Source: Atopobium sp. UBA6362
GTDB lineage: Bacteria; Actinomycetota; Coriobacteriia; Coriobacteriales; Atopobiaceae
Assembly (NCBI GenBank): GCA_002440065.1
Contig: DJRK01000007.1
Location: forward strand, 10,036 to 65,238
Direction: 5' to 3'
Length of the DNA stretch: 55,203 nucleotides
Under the pieces are notes generated by a model, which saw nothing but the letters and a program-made list of their open reading frames with translations, had not been told where the DNA came from and did no database searches. Each line of letters opens with the position of its first letter. Position 1 is the first letter of the stretch. Below are positions 18,319-26,769 of this stretch, piece by piece. The position numbers were made by a program, and so were the translations under genes.

Positions 18319-18364
18319 AATTTGGGGTCGGATACCAAGTTGATTTGGTATCCGACCCCAAATT
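18319..18364. repeat. Inverted doublet of the 23-bp palindrome
   Basis: AATTTGGGGTCGGATACCAAGTT + GATTTGGTATCCGACCCCAAATT. Confidence 0.9.
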
Positions 18365-18368
18365 CGTT

Positions 18369-19103
18369 TTAGGCCTCGGGGCAGAGGGAGAGCGCGGCCT
18401 CGTCGGCGACCACGACGCAGTTGGTGTGCAGTTGCAGGATGGACGCGGGGCAGGCCGGGGTGACGGGGCCGAAGCACATGTCGTGGACGGCCCGGGCCTT
18501 GGCCTCGCCGCTCGCGATGATGAGGATCATGCGCGCGTACATGATGGTCTGGACGCCCATGGAGCAGGCCTGGCGCGGGACGTCGTCGATGCTGTCGAAC
18601 AGGCGGCTGTTGGCCTCGATCGTGCTCTCGGTCAGGTCGACGACGTGCGTGCCCTTGGAGAAGTGGTCGTCGGGCTCGTTGAAGCCGATGTGGCCGTTGT
18701 TGCCGATGCCGAGGAGCTGCAGGTCGGGATAGCCGGCGGCGGCCACCTGCTCGTCGTAGTCGGCGCAGGCGGCGTCGAGGTCGTCGGCGATGCCCTCGGG
18801 CACGTGCGTGTTCGCGAGGTCGATGTTCACGCGGTCAAAGAGGTGCTTGCGCATGAAGTAGTGGTAGCTCTGCGGGTCGTCCGCGGTCAGCCCCACGTAC
18901 TCGTCCAGGTTGTAGGAATGGACCTGCGAGAAATCGATGTCGCCCTTGTTGTACCAATCGACGAGCTGGTCATAGGCGCCCACCGGAGTGGAGCCGGTGG
19001 CGAGGCCGAGCACGCAGTCGGGCTTGAGGATGACCTGGGCCGAGATGATGTTGGCGGCCTTGCGGCTCATGTCCTTGTAGTCCTTGGCGCGAACGATCTT
19101 CAT
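18369..19103 (-). CDS. nagB: Glucosamine-6-phosphate deaminase
   Basis: VLGLATGSTP, NLDEYVGL and LLGIGNNGHIGFNEP. Confidence 0.96.
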   Translation of the reverse strand: MKIVRAKDYKDMSRKAANIISAQVILKPDCVLGLATGSTPVGAYDQLVDWYNKGDIDFSQVHSYNLDEYVGLTADDPQSYHYFMRKHLFDRVNIDLANTHVPEGIADDLDAACADYDEQVAAAGYPDLQLLGIGNNGHIGFNEPDDHFSKGTHVVDLTESTIEANSRLFDSIDDVPRQACSMGVQTIMYARMILIIASGEAKARAVHDMCFGPVTPACPASILQLHTNCVVVADEAALSLCPEA

Positions 19104-19379
19104 GGTTACCCCTTCCGTCCTTGGCCACCAGGGCGCGGCCGCGGCGCTATGCGAAGAAGAACTCGCCACGTCGAGGCCCCTGCCCGTCCATGGCTAGCCC
19201 CATTGTGGAGCATAAAACCGCCAAGAAGTGGCTCAAAATCCTATAACCAGCCGTCTGAGCTGGGCTTTTGAGAAAACCGCCCGTTGGGCGTCGCGTGGCG
19301 GCCGCAGGCCGCGGTCGCCTCGCCGCACGGTTGCCGCGGGACCGCGAGCAAAGCCGGACCCCGCCGGCCCGTCCGCCCC

Positions 19380-20003
19380 CTAAAGCTTTGACGCGAGGTC
19401 CTTGAGCGCGTGATAGCGGTGCGACAGGTGGTTCTTCTCGGCGGGGTCGAGCTCGGCCATGGTGCGGCCGGGGGTCTCGAGCGGCCAGAAGAGCGGGTCG
19501 TAGCCAAAGCCGTTCTCCCCGCGCGGCTCGCGGCCGATCGTGCCCTCCACGTCGCCGTCGCCGCGCAGGACCTCGTCGCCGCGCACGAGCACGACGCTGG
19601 AGTGGAAGCGCGCCGTGCGGTCGCCGTCTACGACGCCGTCGAGCTCGCGGAGGAGCTTCTGGTTGTTCGCCGCGTCATTGCCGTGCTCTCCGGCCCAGCG
19701 TGCCGAGAAGATCCCCGGCGCGCCTTCGAGCGCGTCGACGCACAGCCCGGAGTCGTCGGCCACGGCCAGGGGCAGCCCGGTCTCGGCCTGCGCGGCACGG
19801 GCCTTGATCAGCGCGTTCTCGTAGAAGTCGGCTCCGTCCTCCACAGGGTCGGGGAAGTCGCCGAGCTCGCCCAGCGCCACGAAGCGCGTCCCGGGCATGA
19901 CCTCGGAGAGGATCGCCTCGATCTCCGTGACCTTGTGCGCGTTGCCCGTCGCCACGACCACGGTCGTGCGGGGGTCGAGCGACGCGATGTCGATGCGTGC
20001 CAT
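19380..20003 (-). CDS. rdgB: Non-canonical purine NTP pyrophosphatase (RdgB/HAM1)
   Basis: ATGNAHKVTE, ADDSGL, GFGYDPLF and KNHLSHR; downstream of rph. Confidence 0.95.
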   Translation of the reverse strand: MARIDIASLDPRTTVVVATGNAHKVTEIEAILSEVMPGTRFVALGELGDFPDPVEDGADFYENALIKARAAQAETGLPLAVADDSGLCVDALEGAPGIFSARWAGEHGNDAANNQKLLRELDGVVDGDRTARFHSSVVLVRGDEVLRGDGDVEGTIGREPRGENGFGYDPLFWPLETPGRTMAELDPAEKNHLSHRYHALKDLASKL

Positions 20004-20149
20004 GTTCGTTCTCCTTCGTTCGTTTCGTCGCCGGCGGGCGCCGGGCGCGGCTGGGGACCGGCGCGGCCCGCTGGCCGGCGCGGCGTTTCGCGGCCCTTCT
20101 TGGCGACCCTTCTCGGCGGGTCTTCCCGGCGCCTCCTCAGCAGCCCCTC

Positions 20150-20896
20150 TTAGCTGCGGAAACCCGTGACCTCGTTCTGTATCTGGACCAGGCGGGCGAT
20201 GGCGTCCTGGCCCAGGTCCAGGAGCTCGTCCAGCTGCGCGCGCGACAGCGTCGAGTGCTCGCCCGTGCCCTGGACCTCCACGATGCCGCCGGCGTCGGTC
20301 CCCACGAGGTTCAGGTCCACGTCCGCGTGGCTGTCCTCGGGGTAGTCGAGGTCGAGAAGGGCGCGCCCGTCCACGATGCCTGCCGAGATGGCCGCCACCT
20401 GGCCCGTGAGCGGCAGGCGGTTGATCTTGTTCGCGCGCACAAGGCCCATGAGCGCATCGTGCAGCGCCACCCACGCACCCGTGATGGACGCCGTGCGCGT
20501 GCCGCCGTCCGCCTGGATGACGTCGCAATCCAAGGTCACCGTGATCTCGCCGAGCTTCTCCATGCGCACGACGCTGCGCAGGCTGCGCGCGATGAGGCGC
20601 TCGATCTCCATCGAGCGGCCCTTGCGGCCCTTGTACTCGCGCGCGGAACGTCGCCTGGTCGAGGCGGGAAGCATCGCGTACTCGGCCGTGACCCAGCCGC
20701 AGCCGCGCGACCCGCGGCGCCACTTGGGCACGCCCTCCTCGATGGTCGCGCAGCACAGCACCCGCGTGTCGCCGAACTCGGCCAGACACGATCCGGCCGC
20801 GTTCTTTATCACGTCGTTCGTGAGCTTAACGGGCCGCATCTCGTTGAACGCGCGGCCGTAGCTCCGCTCGCGCGCTTCTTCCGCAGAACCGGGCAT
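20150..20896 (-). CDS. rph: Ribonuclease PH
   Basis: GWVTAEYAMLP, DCDVIQADGGTRTASITGA and LDLDYPEDS. Confidence 0.96.
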   Translation of the reverse strand: MPGSAEEARERSYGRAFNEMRPVKLTNDVIKNAAGSCLAEFGDTRVLCCATIEEGVPKWRRGSRGCGWVTAEYAMLPASTRRRSAREYKGRKGRSMEIERLIARSLRSVVRMEKLGEITVTLDCDVIQADGGTRTASITGAWVALHDALMGLVRANKINRLPLTGQVAAISAGIVDGRALLDLDYPEDSHADVDLNLVGTDAGGIVEVQGTGEHSTLSRAQLDELLDLGQDAIARLVQIQNEVTGFRS

Positions 20897-20958
20897 GGTC
20901 TTCTTGCCTCCCTACAAAGAAGCCCCGACGCCGCATGGGCGCCGGGGCCGATTGCCTA

Positions 20959-21034
20959 TGGTGGGCGATGAGAGGTTCGAACTCCCGGCCTTGTGCGTGT
21001 AAAGCACCTGCGCTAGCCGCTGCGCCAATCGCCC
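20959..21034 (-). tRNA. tRNA-Val(TAC)
   Basis: GGGCGATTGGCGCAGCGGCTAGCGC...GTGC-TTTACAC-GCAC...GTTCGAA...ATCGCCCACCA. Confidence 0.95.
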
Positions 21035-21081
21035 AAACAGTGGAAGTCTACCATACCGCGGCGTCGGGCCGCCCTTGGCCG

Positions 21082-21096
21082 TATACTAAGCCCATG
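21082..21096 (+). promoter_or_regulatory. Probable leaderless promoter of murE
   Basis: TATACT (21082-21087) six nt before ATG 21094; no Shine-Dalgarno. Confidence 0.6.
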
Positions 21097-22629
21097 ACTA
21101 CTTCACTCACACGCCTCGCCTCCACGCTGGCCGACGCCGGCATCGCGGCCGAGGTCTCCCCCGCTTCCGCAAACCCCCAGGTCTCGGGCGCCGCGTGCGA
21201 CTCGCGCGCCGCCCGCCCGGGCAACGTCTTCGTCTGCAAGGGCGCGGCGTTCCGGCCGGCGTTCCTCGCCTCCGCGCGCGACGCCGGGGCCGTGGCCTAT
21301 CTCTGCGACGACTCCAAGAAGGACGAGCTCGCCGCGGCCGTGCCCGACCTGCCCGCGCTCGCCGTCGCCCCCGAGGACCTGCGCCGCGCCATGGCCATCG
21401 TCTCGGCCGAGGCGTTCGGCCGACCCGACCGCGAGCTCCCCATCGTGGGCATCACCGGCACCAAGGGCAAGACGACCTGCGCCTACATGCTCCGCTCGAT
21501 CGTCGACCACGCGCGCGGCAAGGGCGCCTGCGGCATCATCGGCACCGTCGAGACCTACGACGGCGTGGAAGACGGGGCCTCGCGCAACACCACCCCCGAG
21601 AGCCCCGACCTGTGGCGCCACCTCGCGAACGCGCGCGACTCGCACCTGGGGAGCCTCGTCATGGAGGTGTCGAGCCAGGCGCTCAAGTACGACCGCACCT
21701 ACGGCGTCGACCTGGGCATCGCCTGCTTTCTGAACATCGGGCTCGACCACATCAGCCCCGTGGAGCACAGGGATTTCGCCGACTACTTCGGCTCCAAGCT
21801 GCGCATCTTCGAGCAGTGCCGCTGCGCCGTGGTCAACCTCGACTCCGACCACGTGGACGAGGTCCTCGCCGCCGCGAAGGCCGGGTGCGCCGAGCGACTC
21901 CTCACCTTTGGCCTCGAGCGGCCCGACGCCTTTGCGTGGGCCCACGACCTGCGGACCCATGAGCTGGGCGTCGACTTCGAGCTCCACCTGGGCGGCGAGA
22001 CCCGCCAGGCGAGCCTGCCGTTCCCCGGCGACTTCAGCGTGAGCAACGCGTTGTGCGCCGCCGTCTGTGCCCATGAGCTGGGGCTTTCCATCGACGAGAT
22101 CGTCGCCGGCCTCGCCGTCACGCGCGTTCCCGGCCGCATGGAGTTCTACCGCTCGGCCGACAGGCGCATCACCGCCGTCGTCGACTACGCGCACAACAAG
22201 ATGGCGTTCGACTCGCTTCTCTCCGCCATCCAGGGCACGTTCAGGGACACCGAGAAGATCGCGGTCTTTGGCGCGGTGGGCGGCAAGGCCGTCGAGCGCC
22301 GCTTCGACCTTCCCGAGGTCGCGGCTCGCTACGTCGACCGCATCGTCCTCACCACCGATGACCCCTGGACCGAGGACCCGGCCGAGATCTGCCGCCAGAT
22401 GGAGACCGCGCTGCCCGAGGGCTTCCCGCACGAGACCGTCCTCGACCGCGAGGAAGCCGTGGCCCGCGCCTTCGACCTTGCCGAGAAGTGCGGGCGGCGC
22501 GCCGTCGTCCTTCTCCTCGCCAAGGGCTGCGACTCGACCCAGCACGTCGCCCACGGCTATGAGCATGTCGAGACCGACTCGGCCCTGGCCGCCCGTTACG
22601 TCGCCGCACACGACGCCGCGACGCGCTAG
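21094..22629 (+). CDS. murE: MurE-type UDP-MurNAc-tripeptide synthetase
   Basis: GITGTKGKTT, TTPESPDL, VMEVSSQA, NIGLDHISPVEH, VPGRME, VDYAHN and TTDDP. Confidence 0.88.
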   Translation: MTTSLTRLASTLADAGIAAEVSPASANPQVSGAACDSRAARPGNVFVCKGAAFRPAFLASARDAGAVAYLCDDSKKDELAAAVPDLPALAVAPEDLRRAMAIVSAEAFGRPDRELPIVGITGTKGKTTCAYMLRSIVDHARGKGACGIIGTVETYDGVEDGASRNTTPESPDLWRHLANARDSHLGSLVMEVSSQALKYDRTYGVDLGIACFLNIGLDHISPVEHRDFADYFGSKLRIFEQCRCAVVNLDSDHVDEVLAAAKAGCAERLLTFGLERPDAFAWAHDLRTHELGVDFELHLGGETRQASLPFPGDFSVSNALCAAVCAHELGLSIDEIVAGLAVTRVPGRMEFYRSADRRITAVVDYAHNKMAFDSLLSAIQGTFRDTEKIAVFGAVGGKAVERRFDLPEVAARYVDRIVLTTDDPWTEDPAEICRQMETALPEGFPHETVLDREEAVARAFDLAEKCGRRAVVLLLAKGCDSTQHVAHGYEHVETDSALAARYVAAHDAATR

Positions 22630-22685
22630 CCCCTCTTCGCGCCGAGTCCGAGGCCCACAGCTCGCCACCGCCCTCACCGCGCGTC

Positions 22686-22739
22686 CCCCCTGCAAAATGG
22701 GACATAATCACCCCGATTTATGTCTCATTTTGCAGGGGG
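22686..22739. repeat. 22-bp inverted repeat (21/22)
   Basis: CCCCCTGCAAAATGGGACATAA / TTATGTCTCATTTTGCAGGGGG. Confidence 0.8.
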
Positions 22740-22783
22740 CGGCGAGGGGGCTGGGTGCCCGTCGGTTCTCGATCAGCCCTCGC

Positions 22784-22930
22784 TCAAAAAAGTCGCCAAT
22801 TGTGGTCTTATCAGCGGAACGGCGGAATAACCCAAAACCAGGCAGGCCGTTTACCTGCGGTTCTTTAAGCGCGCAATTACCTTCTACTCGGCGCTTTGGG
22901 AATCAGCCCCGCAATTGGCGTCTTTTTTGA
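22784..22930. mobile_element. 147-bp MITE-like element with 22-bp terminal inverted repeats
   Basis: TCAAAAAAGTCGCCAATTGTGG / CCGCAATTGGCGTCTTTTTTGA (20/22); non-coding, lower-GC interior; no target duplication seen. Confidence 0.45.
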
Positions 22931-22951
22931 TCCGCAGGCCCGCTAGCCACG

Positions 22952-22982
22952 AAAAAGCCCCCGCGCCGCAGGGCACGGGGGC
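22952..22982 (-). terminator. Intrinsic terminator of the Fe-ADH gene
   Basis: GCCCCCGCGCC/GGCACGGGGGC stem followed by T5 on the minus strand. Confidence 0.75.
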
Positions 22983-23015
22983 CGATTTCGCTAGGCGACC
23001 AACGGAGGCGTTCGA

Positions 23016-24239
23016 CTAGAAGTCGATGTCCGTGTCGTAGTAGCAGGCCTTGAGGATCTTCTCGAAGTCGGCGGCCTTCGTCTCGCGCGGGTTCTCCGGC
23101 GTGCAGGCGTCCTGCTCGGCGTTCGCGGCGATGGTCGGCAGCTTGGCGAGGAACTCCTCCTCGGAAACCATCTGCGGGTTCTCGGCATCGACCTTCACGC
23201 CGCCGTTCGCGTAGTCCTTGATGGACTGCGGGATGTTGAGGGCGTCGTTCATGTCGCGGATCTTCTGGACGAGCGCGGCGATGAGCTGCTCGTTCGTCTC
23301 GCCGGGCAGGTGCAGGATCTCCTTGGCGACGTAGGCGTAGCGCTCGGCAGCGCGCGGGTCCTTGGAGTTCCACTGGATGACCTTGCCCAGGTACATGGCG
23401 TTGGCGGCACCGTGGATGATGTGGCCGTTCTCAAAGGCGGCGCCGGTCTTGTGCGCCATGGAGTGCACGATGCCGAGCAGGCCGGACGAGAAGGCGATGC
23501 CGGCGATGCACTGGGCCTCGTGCATGTGCTGACGGGCCTCCTTGTCGCCGGTGTAGGACTTGGGCAGCCACTCGGTGATCTCGCGGATGCCGTGGAGGGC
23601 GTTGGCGTCGGTGAACATGGAGGCGCAGGTGGAGACGTAGGCCTCGAGGCAGTGCGTCAGGGCGTCCATGCCGGTGTGCGCGCAGAGTTTGGCGGGCATG
23701 CTGTAGGTGAGCTCGGGGTCGACGATGGCCACGTCAGGGGTGATGTTGAAGTCGGCCAGCGGGTACTTGATGCCCTTGTCGTAGTCCGTGATGACGGAGA
23801 ACGCGGTGACTTCGGTGGCGGTGCCGGACGTCGAGGAGATGGCGCAGAAGTGGGCCTTCTTGCGCAGCTCGGGGAAGGAGAACGGCTGGATGATGTTCTC
23901 GAAGGACTCGTCAGGGTACTCGTAGAAGACCCACATGGCCTTGGCCGCGTCGATCGGGGAGCCGCCGCCCAGGGCGATGATCCAGTCGGGCTCGAACTCG
24001 CGCATGGCCTCGGCGCCCTTCATCACCGTGGTGATGGACGGGTCGGACTCGACGCCCTCGAACAGCTTGACCTCAAAGCCGGCGTCCTCGAGGTCCTTCT
24101 GGATGTCCTGCAGGAAGCCGCCGCGGCGCATGCTGTGGCCACCGGAGACGATGATGGCCTTGCTGCCCTTGAGGTTCTTCACCTCGTGGCGGGCACCCTC
24201 TCCAAAGTACAGGTCGCGCGGGTTGGTGAAACGTCCCAT
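23016..24239 (-). CDS. Iron-containing alcohol dehydrogenase (NADPH-dependent butanol dehydrogenase-like)
   Basis: ALGGGSPIDAAK, STSGTATEVT, GMDALTHCLE, GIVHSMAH and HGAANA. Confidence 0.93.
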   Translation of the reverse strand: MGRFTNPRDLYFGEGARHEVKNLKGSKAIIVSGGHSMRRGGFLQDIQKDLEDAGFEVKLFEGVESDPSITTVMKGAEAMREFEPDWIIALGGGSPIDAAKAMWVFYEYPDESFENIIQPFSFPELRKKAHFCAISSTSGTATEVTAFSVITDYDKGIKYPLADFNITPDVAIVDPELTYSMPAKLCAHTGMDALTHCLEAYVSTCASMFTDANALHGIREITEWLPKSYTGDKEARQHMHEAQCIAGIAFSSGLLGIVHSMAHKTGAAFENGHIIHGAANAMYLGKVIQWNSKDPRAAERYAYVAKEILHLPGETNEQLIAALVQKIRDMNDALNIPQSIKDYANGGVKVDAENPQMVSEEEFLAKLPTIAANAEQDACTPENPRETKAADFEKILKACYYDTDIDF

Positions 24240-24508
24240 AACAACTCCTCCAATTCTATGCCGCCACCCCCGTGGCGGATTTCAAACAAGGGCGAGCACC
24301 CCTGTTTTTGGCTAAGAAAAGAGCAAGTTCGCTTGGGCAATTCCCCTCCGCCCAAACGCGTTTAGCCTACCACTCGCGACGAGGGGCTTCTTTGACTATC
24401 CGTAGGCGAAAAATAGTCGCTCGGCTACCTTTTGCTCCGCATAATCCGCACCAGGTCGGGGTAGCATTACTCAATTGCACACAATCGTCCATACAGCGGG
24501 AGGCGGGC

Positions 24509-25600
24509 ATGGCGCACAGCGCGAGAAGAGAGGACTACCAGCGGCTTGGCCTGCAGTTCGTCCGCAGTCTCGACGGCGACCCGTCCGTGAGCGCGACGAG
24601 GTCGTTCGCCTCGTTCGGCCAGCGCTTCGCCCAGGACCGCGACTCCCTGCCGCAGACGGACGCCGACCGCGCCTTCCACCTCGTGGCCGAGGCGGCGGAG
24701 GTCGTCGACTACGAGCTGCCCTTCGCCGTGGGCGAGAAGGCCAAGCAGCTCGTGGCGCACGGCAAGCAGCTGCTCGACGAGGCGCTCGCCCTCGACGCGG
24801 ACTGCTTCGACGCGCTGCGCATGCGTTCCTCGACCGAGTCCGCCACGGTGAGCGACCGCTACGAGTTCCTCCGCGCGGAGGAGCCGCGTGTGCTCGAGGT
24901 GTGCCGGAAGCGCAGCAAAGAAGCCCAGTTCAACGCCCCTGAGCGCGACGCCTTGGGCGTCGATCTCGCCATGCGCCCCCACCGCCGCTGGCTCGCGTCC
25001 ATGGCCGAGGAGGCCCTTATCTGCGGGCGCAACCGCCTGGCCGCCGAACACGCCGAGGCGCTTCTTCGCGAGGACCCGCACGACCTCTCGGACGTGCGGT
25101 ACACGCTCGCGCTCGCCTACGCCAAGCTCGAGGACGAGCCGGCCTTCGAGGAGCTCGCCGCCCGTTACCGCCAGATCTGCCCCACCCGCGGGGCCGACGA
25201 CGCCTGGATGGGCATCTGCCGCATCGCCTTCGCGCACAAGCGGCACAACCCCACGCTCGCCCGCACGCACCTGAGCGAGCTTCTTCGCGCCTACCCCCAG
25301 GGGGCCGTCGCGCTCATCCGCCAGACCGACATCCCCGACGGCGAGTTCGCCCGCCTCGTGGTGAACCCCTACAGCGAGGACGAGATGGTCGTCGCCGTCT
25401 CGGAGGCGATCGTGCTCCTGCAGGAAGGCAACGACCCGACCGGCAAGGGCGTGCTGGGGCAGTGGATCGCGGCGAACGTCGCCAAGATGCGGCCGCGCGC
25501 CCTCGAGGAGGCCCGCGCGATAGACGCGCAGCTCAGGGCCCAGGCAGCCGCGAACGGAGAAGGGCCCGCGCCGGCAGGCCCGGAAGGAGGCGCCCGATGA
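24509..25600 (+). CDS. Hypothetical all-helical (TPR-like) protein, paralog A
   Basis: Start MAHSARRE after GGAGG; helical pattern; shares motifs with the downstream gene. Confidence 0.8.
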   Translation: MAHSARREDYQRLGLQFVRSLDGDPSVSATRSFASFGQRFAQDRDSLPQTDADRAFHLVAEAAEVVDYELPFAVGEKAKQLVAHGKQLLDEALALDADCFDALRMRSSTESATVSDRYEFLRAEEPRVLEVCRKRSKEAQFNAPERDALGVDLAMRPHRRWLASMAEEALICGRNRLAAEHAEALLREDPHDLSDVRYTLALAYAKLEDEPAFEELAARYRQICPTRGADDAWMGICRIAFAHKRHNPTLARTHLSELLRAYPQGAVALIRQTDIPDGEFARLVVNPYSEDEMVVAVSEAIVLLQEGNDPTGKGVLGQWIAANVAKMRPRALEEARAIDAQLRAQAAANGEGPAPAGPEGGAR

Positions 25601-26565
25601 ACCTCGCCGAGGAGCTCGTGGAGCGCTGCTCCCTCAAGCGGCGCGAGCAGATAGGCCCGCTCTCGGACCAGGCGTTCGAGGAGCTCGTGCTGAGCGTGCG
25701 CCAGAACCCGCAGGCGTTCATCGACGAGCCGGCCGAGCAGGCGCTCAGCGTGCTCCAGCGGGCCCTCGAAGCGTTCCGGGGCTCCATGCGCGACAGCGAC
25801 CTTTTGGACGACGACCAGTACATGGCCCAGCGCAAGAAGTCCTACGCGGCCCTGCGACAGGGCTGCCTCGACGCGATCGAGCTCGACGGCGACTGCGTCG
25901 ACGCCCAGCTCGTGCTCGCCCAGGCCTCGTACGGCAACCCCGACGAGCTCCTGGACAAGCTCTCCGCCGTCGAGGAGACGGTCTTCCCCGACGGCGTCTC
26001 CTTTGGGCCGGACGCCTGGGACGACGTGTTCGCGCGCCCGCAGCTGCGCCTCTACGCCGCGATGAGCCGCGCCTGCGAGGACGGGGCGCGCTACCGCATG
26101 GCCCTCAACTACGCCGAGCTCGTCATGTCCGCGACCGAGAAGCGCGCAGACCCCCTGGGCGCTCGGTTCACGGCCGCCCTCGCGCTGTGCCGCCTCGAGG
26201 ACGAGGAGGGGCTCAACCGCCTGGACGAGCGCTTTTCTTTGCATGGGAACGCCTGGATGAACCTGGCGCGCTGCATCCTGCTGTACAAGCTCGACCGCAT
26301 GCCGGCCGCCCGTCGCGCGCTGCGGGGCTACGCGAACCTGAGCGAGGGCGGGGCCTACGCGCTTCTCAGGCCCATCTTTGTCGAGACGTACCTGCCCGAC
26401 CGGCCCGACTACGCGCCCGGCAGCTTTGAGGAGGCGCTCTGCGTCATCCACGAGGCCGAACCGATCATCGCCGACACGCCGGACTTCATCGCGTGGTGCC
26501 AGACGCAGGACTGGCTCGTCACCGACGCGCAGGCGTTCGCCGAGAAGCGCGACCTCGACTGGTAG
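25597..26565 (+). CDS. Hypothetical all-helical (TPR-like) protein, paralog B
   Basis: Start MNLAEEL after AAGGAGG; ATGA overlap with paralog A. Confidence 0.8.
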   Translation: MNLAEELVERCSLKRREQIGPLSDQAFEELVLSVRQNPQAFIDEPAEQALSVLQRALEAFRGSMRDSDLLDDDQYMAQRKKSYAALRQGCLDAIELDGDCVDAQLVLAQASYGNPDELLDKLSAVEETVFPDGVSFGPDAWDDVFARPQLRLYAAMSRACEDGARYRMALNYAELVMSATEKRADPLGARFTAALALCRLEDEEGLNRLDERFSLHGNAWMNLARCILLYKLDRMPAARRALRGYANLSEGGAYALLRPIFVETYLPDRPDYAPGSFEEALCVIHEAEPIIADTPDFIAWCQTQDWLVTDAQAFAEKRDLDW

Positions 26566-26622
26566 CAGCCGGCAACGGCGGCGGGAGCTGTGCGAGAGAT
26601 TGCCTGGGCGCATTGCATTGCG

Positions 26623-26697
26623 CAGATGCATACCGTTTACGCGTTTTGACCCCCGAATTCGGTTCGGGAACGCGTAAACGGCATGCATCTGTTTTTA
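26623..26697. repeat. 23-bp inverted repeat (22/23), possible terminator or hairpin element
   Basis: CAGATGCATACCGTTTACGCGTT / AACGCGTAAACGGCATGCATCTG followed by TTTTT. Confidence 0.75.
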
Positions 26698-26769
26698 TGT
26701 GGCGCCATGTAGCCGCGACATACGTCAGCCCCGCGCCCATGGAAGGCACGGGGCCGACGTCTTACCGGT

